NCBI RefSeq assembly: GCF_032191835.1
Contig: NC_083235.1
Coordinates: forward strand, 18,166,001-18,230,000
Direction of reading: 5' to 3'
DNA: 64,000 bases
From: Heteronotia binoei
Lineage: Eukaryota
The position numbers and the translations under genes are program-made. Below, one piece after another: positions 22,942-33,671 of the stretch. The notes under the pieces were generated by a model. It saw only the letters and a list, made by a program, of their open reading frames with translations, was not told where the DNA came from and searched no databases. Every line of letters starts with the position of its first letter. Within the stretch, counting starts at the first letter, position 1.

Positions 22942-24475
22942 ATGGCACCCAAAAAAGGGCAGGGCAAATCAAAGGGCAAACAGCCCGCCCGCCCACCCCG
23001 TGGGCGGGGCCAGCAACAGCTCCCAGTGGAAGAACAGGTTGAAAGTGAGCAGGTGCGGCTGGCCATTATGGGCCAGCTGGATGCCCTAGAGCAGGAGAGA
23101 GTCGCTAGGGGTGCTCCCATTTGGGAGGGACGCCGCCGGGCCTCAGGCCGGTCAGCAAGGCTGACCTTTGAAACAGAAGTGCTCGCACGTCTTTCTGCTT
23201 TACAGGGTGGGCCAGCTGAGACCGAAACACCACTGGAACCAGACCAGGAGGAGGATCCGGAGGAGGGCCCATCGGGTGTGGCACCGGGCGGCGGTGCACC
23301 TGGCGGCAGTGAGCTTCGCACCCCAGGTGGCGCCGGGGTCTTCACGGATGACAGTGGTAAGCCCCCTTTTCAGCCAAGTCATGGGTGGCCGTGGGGCCCC
23401 ATTCAACCTCCTCCCCCCCAGCCGGTGCAGGGTGGGACATTTTGGGGTGTGGGGCAGCTAGGAGTCAGTGAGCAGTTGGGTCCTGTCCAGCCGTGGGCTT
23501 GGGGTTTTCACACACCTAGCCCGCTGCCCAACTCGGTCATTCCTCCAGTTGGCCAGCAGGCAAGCGCCATCGTGCCACCTGCTGTTTCTACCCCCCCGTC
23601 CACACCTGGCATTTTGCCGTGGGGTGGTCAGCAGTTTGCTCAGCTTCAGGGGGCTTGGCCAGTGGCTCAGGGTAGTGGGTGGTTTTACCCCCCTAACCCT
23701 AATGCCAGCATTCCCTTTCATGTCCTCCCATATGGGGATACCTCCTTACCCCTGGGTGACCATTTGACAGTCGCTACGCGGGAGAAAATTCTTTTGCGGC
23801 GAATACGTGGACGTCTTCAGTCTCCTATTCAGAGAGCTCGAAAAGAAGAATAAGGACGAGCTCGATGATAAGGAGAAGGAGAAACTGAAGAGGAGAAAAG
23901 TGGATAGATCTTGGGCGAATTGGTTGCCGGGATTTTTGATCTATGCCGGAGTCATTGCAAGAGCGCAGCCGGCTAGGGCGACCGCCCTCTTTCAATATAT
24001 AGACATTGTATATCGGGCGTACACGGACTTCGCCGGTGCAGCATGGCTGCAATATAACGAAGCTTTCCGGATGAGGGCCGCAGTTAATCCTGGAATGCCG
24101 TGGGACCAAATAAACCAGCAGCTGTGGTTGCAGCTGATGTCCCCAGCAAAACTAAATGCTGGGGACAGGTCCGATAGCGGCCATTTAGTGCTGAGGGTGC
24201 AACAACAACAACAGTCTTCTACAGGGGCCCCCATCACCGCGGGCCAGTCGGTTCAAACCCGGTTGCTTTGCTAGGAGTTCGCATCCAAGGGTGCGTGTCC
24301 CAGGAAGCCCTGTAAGTTCCGGCATGAGTGCCCTCTCTGCGGCGGACCCCACGCACTGTCGGCCTGTAGCAGATCTAAGTTTAGGCCGGGCAGCAAGCGC
24401 CCTGGGGGCGGTGGGGGCGGTCAGAACCCCCCTGGTAAAGGGGCCCAGCCCCATCCGCCTGACGGCTCTCAATAA
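22942..24475 (+). pseudogene. gag: Gag-like ORF1 of the YR element (+1 frameshift at T4 23792-23795; TAG 24272-24274 for a probable Trp)
   Basis: MAPKKGQG start; repaired reading PLGDHL..REKIL-CGEYVDVFSLL; C-terminal C(W)EFASKGACPRKPCKFRHECPLCGGPHALSAC is a CCCH plus CCHC double zinc finger typical of DIRS/Ngaro gag. Confidence 0.85.
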
Positions 24476-26056
24476 GTGGTTACGCTTATACCCGTGCACG
24501 GCTGATGCTCGGTATATGCGTGACGGGTTTAGCTTAGGTTTTCGGATTCCCTATCAGGGGCCTAGGGCCCCCTTTTTGGCTCCTAATTTGCGTTCTGTTG
24601 TTGGGCTCAAGCACGTGGTCCGGGAAAAAATAGCCAAAGAATGTCTGGAAGGAAGGGTCCTGGGACCTTTTGATGCACCCCCGTTTCCCACATTGAGGGT
24701 ATCGCCCTTGGGGTGGTTCCCAAGAAGGTTGCGGGTGAATATCGCATTATTCACCACCTGTCGTACCCTAGGGGAGCATTGGTAAATGACGCTATTCCCG
24801 AGGAATTATGCTCGGTGCGTTATACCTCCTTTGACCAGGCGGTCAAAGTGGTGCGGTCCTGCGGGATTGGGGCGGAGATGGCGAAGTGCGACATTAAGTC
24901 CGCTTTTCGCCTCTTGCCTGTTCACCCCGGGGACTTTGAGCTACTTGGTTTTTGCTTTGAGGAAAAATTTTATATGGACCGGGCTTTGCCGATGGGTTGC
25001 TCAATTTCTTGCGCGGCGTTTGAGCGCTTCAGTTCCTTTTTGGAATGGGCGCTCAGGCACAAGACCGGGGTCAATGCTACGGCGCACTACCTGGACGACT
25101 ACATTTTTGTCGGTCCAGCAGGGTCTGAGCAATGCGCCAAGTTGCTGAACGCATTTCAGGAATTAGCCCTCGAACTCGGGGTTCCCTTGGCACACGAGAA
25201 GACTGAGGGGCCAAGCACGGTCCTCACTTTTTTAGGCATTGAGCTTGACACTTTGCAACAAACGTCACGTTTGCCGGAGGCCAAGGTCGCCGACCTGAAG
25301 GCCCGGCTGGCCACTTTGAAGGGGCAGCGGAAGGTTTCGCTGCTGGAACTACAGCAGGTTGTGGGCCACCTTAACTTTGCCTGCAAAGTGGTGGCCCCAG
25401 GTAGGGCTTTTTGTAGGCGCCTTTGTGACGCTATGGGCCGGCTACGCCTCCCCCATCACAGGGCCCGCGTTACTTCTGGAATGCGAGCAGACTTGGAGGT
25501 CTGGGAGGATTTTTTGGAATCTTTCAATGGCATTTCTTTCTGGAGGGAGGATCTGAAGGTAGAAGCAGAGCTTCAGATTTCTTCTGACGCCTCCGGTGCC
25601 AACGGTTTGGGTGTATTTTTTAGAGGACATTGGTGCGCGGAGCAATGGCCCGCGGAATGGTTGGATAGCGGGCTCTGTAGGGACCTGACGTTTTTGGAAT
25701 TTTTTCCCATCCTGGTGGCCGTTTGGCTCTGGGGGGAGCAGCTAGCCAACCATTTGGTCCTCTTTTGGTGCGATAACTTGGCGGTCGTCCATGTTATCAA
25801 TTCGTTGTCTTCTAAATCGGTGTTGGTTATGAATTTGGTTAGGTCTTTCACCCTGCGTTGCCTCCGGTTGAATATTTTATTCCTGGTTAGGCACGTACCT
25901 GGGGTATGTAACGGGGTGGCGGATGCTCTGTCTCGCCAACAGATGGAGCGTTTTCGAGAACTGGCCCCAGAAGCAGATCCTTGGCCAGTGAAAATGCCAG
26001 AGGAACTGTGGCGTCTTGGGAAAAGGAAGCCGGTAGGGCCATTCAGTTGGCACTAG
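24430..26056 (+). pseudogene. pol: RT/RNaseH ORF of the YR element (1-nt deletion in G-run 24710-24713)
   Basis: PSPI..LRLYP..DGFSLGFRIPY..SPLG|VVPKK..YRIIHHLS, KCDIKSAFR, PMG, HYLDD, SDASG, LEFFP, WCDN, ADALSR. Confidence 0.93.
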
Positions 26057-26922
26057 CTCCTAGCACCAGGAAGGCGTACGACAGAGCGTCCATTCAGTTT
26101 CGGGAGTTCAGAAGTGTGGCGGCACTGCCTGACCTTTGGCCGTTCCCTGTGGAGCACATTATGCATTTCTGTGTGCACCAGAAGGAAAGAGGCCTGGGGC
26201 TGAAATCCATTCGGGGCCAACTTGCAGCATTGGCTTTTGCTAGCAAGGCCCGTGGTTTCCCTGAATATACTAGCGATTTTAGGGTTAAAAAAATGCTCGA
26301 GGGTTGGGCCCGGGAGCGGGCCCAGCGGGTTGATGATAGGCAACCTATATCCCCGTCTGTCCTTCGTGGGTTGTTTGGGGGTTGGCCCTGTGTTTGTTCC
26401 TCCCCCTTTGAAGCAGCATTGTTTCATGCTGCCTCACTGTTGGCCTTTTTTGGGGCCTTGCGTGTAAGCGAGCTGGTAGTTCAGTCCAAGGCTGATACTT
26501 CTGGGAGGGCGCTCCAATCCAAGGATATCAAAATTGCTAACAGTCAGCTTGTTCTGACAATTCGCCGGTCCAAGACTGACCAAAGGCAGAGGGGATCCGT
26601 CATCACGATCGGTATGTGCTCCATTCAGGACTTATGTCCGGTCAGGGCTGTCCGGCGTTACATTCGCGTTAGAGGGAATGTTGAAGGCCCCTTTTTAAGA
26701 CATGCCGACGGCTCCCCTCTCACCAAATATCAATTTTGGAAGGTCATAAGTAGGGCTCTGGCCAGGTTGGGTTTACAAGGCTTCAAATTTGGAACGCATT
26801 CCTTTAGGATTGGGGCGGCCTCCACAGCCGCTTCTATGGGTTACACGCCCTCTGCCATTCAGCATATAGGCCGATGGCGGTCGTCGGCTTACAAAATGTA
26901 TGTTCGCCCTTTGGTCACCTAG
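25942..26922 (+). CDS. Tyrosine recombinase, open frame; start undefined (first ATG only at 26161)
   Basis: LAPSTRKAY N-terminal domain; catalytic set GALRVSEL (R), SKTD (K), HSFR (H-x-x-R), GRW (W), AYKMY (Y). Confidence 0.94.
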   Translation, partial: DGAFSRTGPRSRSLASENARGTVASWEKEAGRAIQLALAPSTRKAYDRASIQFREFRSVAALPDLWPFPVEHIMHFCVHQKERGLGLKSIRGQLAALAFASKARGFPEYTSDFRVKKMLEGWARERAQRVDDRQPISPSVLRGLFGGWPCVCSSPFEAALFHAASLLAFFGALRVSELVVQSKADTSGRALQSKDIKIANSQLVLTIRRSKTDQRQRGSVITIGMCSIQDLCPVRAVRRYIRVRGNVEGPFLRHADGSPLTKYQFWKVISRALARLGLQGFKFGTHSFRIGAASTAASMGYTPSAIQHIGRWRSSAYKMYVRPLVT

Positions 26923-26990
26923 ATGTAGGTGGGGGGCCTGGTGGGGTTGTATTGATGTTACCGTATGCTGACAGTTGTTTGTCTTTTCAG

Positions 26991-27585
26991 GTGCTGGTGC
27001 TCGTGGTGAGAGACGTCGCGTTCTCATCTGCGGGCACAGCATGGTTTTCTGGGCTGCCCATTTCGCCAGACGGTCTTCAGTGGGCACCCAGCTTGGCCTC
27101 AGTGCGTGGGCCACTGTGGATTGGCTGGGTCGTCGGGGGCTGCGCTGGCCCGGGATCATGCCCCTGCTTTTCAGGGAATGGAAGGCAGCACCTCCACACA
27201 TTCTTGTCGTCCATTTGGGTGGGAACGACTTGGGGCTGCTGCGTGGGAAAGCTCTCTCCCAGCAGGCCTTGGCCAACCTCCGGGAAATTCGGCGGAGGTG
27301 GCCTGGGGTTATCTTGGTTTGGTCGGCAATTTTGCCACGTAGAGTGTGGAGGTATGCCATTTCACCGGGCAGTGTGGAACGAGCCAGGCGTAAGGCCAAT
27401 CGGGCTATGCAGAAGCTATGGAAGGGGGACTAGGAATCTTTCTCCCGCATCCGGCCATACGGGTCGAGCAAGTTGACCTGTATCGGCCGGATGGTGTTCA
27501 CCTTTCTGATTTGGGTAACCGGGCCTTTTTAGACGAAATTCGGCAGGGGGTGCGGTTGGCTCTGGGCCAACCATTGGGGCGCTAA
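26991..27585 (+). pseudogene. SGNH/GDSL hydrolase exon of the YR element (1-nt deletion ~27415)
   Basis: VLICGHS (block I Ser, 27038), GRRG (II), VHLGGND (III). After the frameshift: EGGLGIFLPHP..LYRPDGVHLS (block V DxxH, 27490-27501), stop TAA 27583-27585. Confidence 0.88.
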
Positions 27586-28585
27586 TGCCAAAGCAGAGGC
27601 TTGGCATTGGCGGTGGCTAGAGGAGGTTGGCCACAGGGTTTTCCAGGGGAGCACCTATGGCCTAGCACCGTTGGTGCGGTGGTCTGTATGAACCGTAGAT
27701 GGGCTACATGGCTCAGTGCGGGGATTGCAGATCACAGGGAGCCTCACCTGGGCGGATCTTTCCACAGGGATTGATGCCGGCTCGGATGGTGGTGGCTCGA
27801 GGCCTGGCCGCTCAGCTACAACCCAAATTTGGCGGGCTTGTGCTGGGGGCAGGGTGGCTCGCCCTTTGGACAAGGTGGGGTCCAGGGTTGACCCCAGGGC
27901 TTGTCTGGTCAGGTTTTCACCCCTCCTGCCAGTTACAGTTATTTAATGTTTTAATAAAGCGGCCCGGTTTTAAACCCAACACTTGTGTCTGCTTCTTCAT
28001 TCCGACTGGGGGGGCAATTATGATCTTCAGGATGGAATCTTTTAAAATGTTCATGGATAGACTATAACTGCTTTGGTGAAACCATTCTAGATTTTGCAGG
28101 CTGCAATGAAAGAGAGAATAAAGTGAGTCATGAGGTATCTTCATTTTTTAAAATTCCAGAATATAAAACCCATTCACATTTTTTTTTCAGAATGTATTCT
28201 AGAGCGTTTGAGTTCATTCACAGTTGCATTGGATGGATTTGCAAAAAAACTATTAACATTCCATGTTAGGAGTGGTCCTTGAAAGGGGATTAAATATTGA
28301 ACCATAAGCAAAGGAGGTGTAGTTCCACTGAGCTATACTTTTTATTTTTTTATGAGAAAGACATTAAGCTATGGCCCAGTTTCTAGTGGAACATGAGAAA
28401 AGTGCAGCTGCATCCCTAACACCACCAGTTAAAATGATCTGGTGGTAGATGATCGGAAAGACTTTTGGCAATTAACCAAAAGAGGACAACACTAACCTTG
28501 ACAGACTCTCAGGCAGCTTTGCATTGTTATGCTCTTAATTTGTGGATGTGAGACGGATTTCAGAAGTGTCAGAAGATTTCAGAAG

Positions 28586-28870
28586 GAGAGCCAGTTTGGT
28601 GTAGTGGTTAAGTGTGCGGACTCTTATCTGGGAGAACCGAGTTTGATACCCCACTCCTCCACTTACACCTGCTAGCATGGCCTTGGGTCAGCCATAGCTC
28701 TCTTGGGAGTTGTCCTTGAAAGAGCAGCTGCTGTGAGGGCCCTCTCCAGCCCCACCCACCTTACAGGGTGTCTGTTGTGGGGGAGGAAGGTAAAGGATAT
28801 TGTGAGCCGCTTTGAGACTCTTCGGAGTGGAGGGCGGGATATAAATCCAATATCATCTTCATCTTCTTCA
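28586..28870 (+). mobile_element. tRNA-derived SINE (Squam3-like), present only in duplicate B
   Basis: Same head as 14921-15217; absent at position ~100 of copy A. Confidence 0.85.
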
Positions 28871-31695
28871 TGTATTTGATGGAGACACCGATTCCCAGAT
28901 CTTTGCTTATCATCGAATTCCTAGTGTGGTTCTTAAACTTCCATCTAATATATGACAACGTACAGAAAAACTAGTATATTCTCTTTTGGTATGAACCTTT
29001 CCCCCAAAAAAATTATAGCAAACACTTGGGGATAATAATCGAGTGTTTTGTGTCATATTCACTCTTGCTGAAAAATGTTAACTAAACTTAATGGATATGA
29101 AGGAAACACTTCCTCCTCAGTTAGATTTAAAAAGTTGTTATAGAAGTATGAGGGGAGAGTGGACTTGGAGATACAAACCAATAGCTATACAGTTTTTACC
29201 TTGGGAAGAAGCCTCACTAAATACAATGGGTCTTCTTTGTTTCCAGCAAGTGTGAGAAGGATCACATCCAAAATCCCATCTGCACCTCAAAGAAAACCCT
29301 GTTGAACTGAGCGGGACTTAAGTAAGATTGAACGGCATCTATAGATTCAATGTAGAACTTCTAGTGCGGTTGGGAAATCATTATATTAATGTTTGTATTA
29401 TAGTGATGGAGAGTGGGAAGATTGGTTATCACAAAGAAAGCATTTGGCAGGGGAAACAGTACAGATGTTTTTGAGGTTTATTAAATGAAACAAGATCTGT
29501 AATGTGGACTTCCATCGTGAACATCTGAATTGCTTTGTCTCCAAACCAAGCTGCTACTTCAGTTGCATCTAGATCAATCCCATGGCACTAGATGACTGGA
29601 AACACCCATCGCTTGAACATAGATGATTAACCAAAGGGGAAACCACAGCCCAACCTATGTGTTCTGCAGTACCAGACCAAATTTCCACCTATTTCAGTAT
29701 TCTGTTTCCAGTAGTGGCCAGCAAAAACTAATTTACCTTTTCAGGAAGGACAGAACCAGATAAAGACTTGGAAGTGATTGGATACACTTCAGGGATAAAT
29801 TCAAAAGTTTTGGCGGTTTCTGCTCCAGGGCTGGTGTCCAGATCTACAGACCATGGGACTTCGTTACCTGTCATAGCTAATATTTATGGATAGATCCATT
29901 CTATATGTTCTACACCCCTGTTAAAAATTATCCTCTTTCTCTGCTTCTGAAATTTCAGGAGTTCCTGTCAGTGAAGCTGATTTCCATTTGCCCTAAGAGG
30001 ATACCAGCCTTGCTATCATATAATATTGGACCTATTTTGGTTCTACAAGACTTGGGGTTTCCTTCCCCCTCTCCCACCCTTACAGCTATTCACATGAGTG
30101 TGTTCCACAACTTTATGAGTTTTTTCTTTGACATGGCACTTTGGTGCAAACAGTTGCAGGGATAGCGCTGTGGTGAAACGCCATCATAAAAGGACTGCAG
30201 AATGATTCTGTCAGTCTTCACAACCGACAAGGTCAGTGGTTTCTTTATAATAATCAAATGTCAACAGTATTTAGAAAGAGACATCAAAAACATGAGAATA
30301 TCCAGAGGAAACTTAGGATAGGGGGATGTAGTCAAATTGGACATTTAGACTGTCTGATCCAAGTGCTGTGGAAAGAGACTTCATCTCTGCTCTTGGTGGA
30401 TGCCTGGATCTTCAGGTTGACCAGTGTGGGGAACAGCCTTAGAATCATAGAATTGGAAGGGACTTCCAGGGTCATCTAGTTCAACATCCAACCCCATGCA
30501 AAATTCAGGAAATTCACAAATGCCTTTCCCACACACCCCCAGTGACACCTGCTCCGTGGCCAGACTCATGCCCAGTCTTGATCAAAAGCTTAGTAAATCT
30601 TTTGATGTGGAGCAAGAGACCAAGAAAGAGCTGCCAAGTTAGCAGCTAAGTTTCCCTGAAGCCAGGGCAGAAGGGCACAAGATCAGTGAACCCATTGGTT
30701 AGGCTATCGGGGTGCTAGCTCTCATCTACCTATAACAATTCATTAATAAAATAATGAATGAAGCCTTCATTTAATCCAGTTGTGGTGTTTAAGTCTTTCT
30801 TTTGTGGTAGGGGATCCATTAGTTTGCAATGCGGTCATGAAAAACAGATAAGTGCAAGTGTACAAAATCACTAAATATCATGTATTGCTTTTTTAAACAT
30901 ATAATAGGGGTCACACAGATTCTCAGTATTTTCTTAGACAGGAGGTGAATATTTTTATAAATAAAATAAGCAAGTTCAGCATTCATAGTCAATTGCGAAT
31001 TAATTCATCTCACCACATGGATGATAAAGCCAAATGTCCATTTTTTCTTAGGCATGGAGGGGGGTTGTTTTGAAGCAACAGCTTTGCTCGTAGCAGGACT
31101 TTTAACCAATTTTGAAAGTATTTGGCAACAAATAAATGATGTGAGAGCCTGCTGCTTGAGACCAAGCAACTGATTCAGTATTCAGGTTCCGGTTTTTACC
31201 TCCAAGGCCCTACGTGGTCCGGGACCAATGTACCTCTGGGACCGCCTCTCCCAGTATGTCTCCCAAAAAGCTTTACACTCAGACGATCAGAATTTATTAG
31301 TGGTCCTTGGTCCAAAAGATATCAAGCTGTCCTTGATCAGAACCAGGACCCTGGCTCCTGCCTGGTGGAACTCTCTGCCTTGTAACATCCATGTCCTGTG
31401 GGACGTTGCACAGTTAAGCAGGGCATGCAAGACAGATGTTCCACCATGCCTATGATTGAGGACAGCAATGCCCCCTCCCAATCTCAACTGGCCCATGTTC
31501 TACCTCTTTCAGAGGGAAAGAAACACACCAACCATCAATGATTATATTATAATGATTTTATTCTGGAATCGATTAACTGATATTTTGATTAATTTGTTGT
31601 ACGCCTAATGTACACCACCCTGAGCTTTTCGGGGGAAGGTGGTTTATAAATTAATAAGTATAAATAAGGGATAAGGCAGCTCTGTGTGTCAGATT

Positions 31696-31905
31696 GACCT
31701 GGATAACCCAGGCTAGCCCAATCTTGTCAGATCTCAGAAGCTAAGCACAGCTATCAAAGCTAGTATTGGATGGGAGAACTCCAAGGAAGACCAGGATCAT
31801 GATGTGGAGGCATATAGTGGCCAACCACCTCTGAACATCTCTTGCCTTGAAAACCCTATGAGGTCACCATAAATCACTTGTGACTTGATGGCACTTTCCA
31901 CCACC
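31696..31905 (+). mobile_element. 5S rRNA-derived SINE, uninterrupted paralog (empty chromovirus site)
   Basis: GCTAAG-CACAG-CTATCAAAGC is contiguous here, with a single copy of the 5-bp target. Confidence 0.8.
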
Positions 31906-33609
31906 ATGTGTCAGAATGACATCTGTTATGGTATTATTGGATTCACATAATGCATCTCTCAAGAAGCAATGTCCTTCATCCTTAAGTCCAGGGCTCTTTT
32001 TCTAGCAGGAGCTCCTCTGCATATTGGGCCATGCCCCCCGATGTAGTAAATCCTCCAAGAGTTTAAAGGGCCTACGATAAGGTCCAGAAAGACTGGCTAA
32101 ATTAGGAGGACATGGCCTAATATGCAGAGGAGCTCCTGCTAGAAAAAGAGCCCTGCTTAAATCTAAATTGCAACTGAAATTTTATTTTTAAAGAGAACCC
32201 AAACTTGATTGACTCCCTAGAACCACACAACTGCTGTGAGATATATCACTTTTAAAATAAGGGAGAACCTAATTTGACTCAGAACTGTGATGGAAGACCT
32301 TCCTTCCATGCCACCAATTTCTTAAGGCAAAATATCTCCCTGCATTTTTCAGCTGGGGTTACCAGCAGTGAAGAAACAAGAATGGCTGCACCAGAAGGCA
32401 GAAAGAATGCAGAACAGATGCAAGGTGAATTTTTTTTATTATTAAAAATATTTATTAAGGTGGAAACTGGATAACTTTGGAAACGATCCCCTGACAAAGT
32501 GAATTGTGAAACATGTAGAACTAGTAGAACTTAATATTTTTTCCAGTAGTGCTTAATCCAGTAGAACTTAATCAATATTTTTTCACCTTGCACCTGTTCT
32601 TCAAGATCCTTTCAGCTGGGGCTACCCATGCCTGGCTATTTTTTAAAAAAGTATCATCTAATTTGACTCCCGCTCTACATGCATTAGCGGCCCCGTGGCG
32701 CAGAGTGGTAAAGCAGCAGTACTGCTGTACTGTGGTCTTAACTCTCTGCTCACGACCTGAGATCAATTCCAGCGGAAGCTGGATTCAGGCAGCCGGTCCA
32801 AGGTCGACTCAGCCTTCCATCCTTCCGAGGTTGGTAAAATGAGTACCCAGCTTGCTGGGGGGGGAAGCGTAAAAGACTGGGGAAGGTAATGGCAAACCAC
32901 CGTGTAAAAAGTCTGCTGTGAAAACGTTGTGAAAGCAACATCACCCCAGAGTCGGGAACGACTGGTGCTTGCACAGGGGACATCTCCTTTTCCCCTTTTC
33001 CTACATTCATTAAGTCTACTTAAGTCAACATTCAATTATTATTTTTTCTTCTGCGCTTGAAACAGAATTAACTTAATCAGACTGCAACACAGAATAACAA
33101 TTTTATTCACCCTCAATGAAAAATGTTGTATGATTTTCTTCAATGATGAGATCGCAGAGGCAACAAAGAGCACATATAAACATTGTCCTAATATTGTACA
33201 AATTAAACTATTTGATCACTGACAAACACTCAAAATAAAAAGTGACAAGTATTTGAAACAAATTACTCAGTTTCATCTGAAAACAGATCTCTTTCCCACT
33301 GCAATTTAATTTCTTCTTTGAAATAAGCTCACTTTCTCCAGAGTTGCAGATAACTGTGGGTAAAATCAAATTCATTTAGTAAAGTATGGTAAGTTGTGAA
33401 CTGGACCAATTGGTGTGGTTGAGATTGAAAGGCATACAATATGCATTGTGTGCATATTCAGTCCACTCTGGGTCCAATTCCACTCTGGGTCCAAGATATT
33501 TATCTGAATGTCCATTTGGACATTTAATCAAAGGATGCACTGACATGTTTACAAGATGGAATTTCATACAGATATTACTATGATTCTCCATTTCCCTTCT
33601 ACAGGAAAC

Positions 33610-33671
33610 ATGGAAGACTGGGATAATGGAACCACTGTGACTGAGTTTGTACTCATGGGCTTTCCCAGACA
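33610..33671 (+). pseudogene. OR-1 paralog remnant (first ~20 codons only)
   Basis: ATGGAAGACTGGGATAATGG..TTTCCCAGACA is joined directly to GGTTTGACTAC (copy A 12180); copy A bases 10932-12179 are missing. Confidence 0.92.

Larger units (their letters stand above)
21900..28016 (+). mobile_element. Tyrosine-recombinase retrotransposon, Ngaro-like: gag, RT/RNaseH, YR, SGNH hydrolase; 5' boundary approximate
   Basis: GC-rich island in AT-rich host DNA with overlapping ORFs in DIRS order, no methyltransferase ORF, and AATAAA (27953) plus a G7 terminus. Confidence 0.92.

Noticed and set aside
22370-27399. Many long overlapping antisense ORFs in the GC-rich YR and Gypsy elements
   Set aside because: Expected from stop-codon scarcity at high GC; no recognisable motifs.
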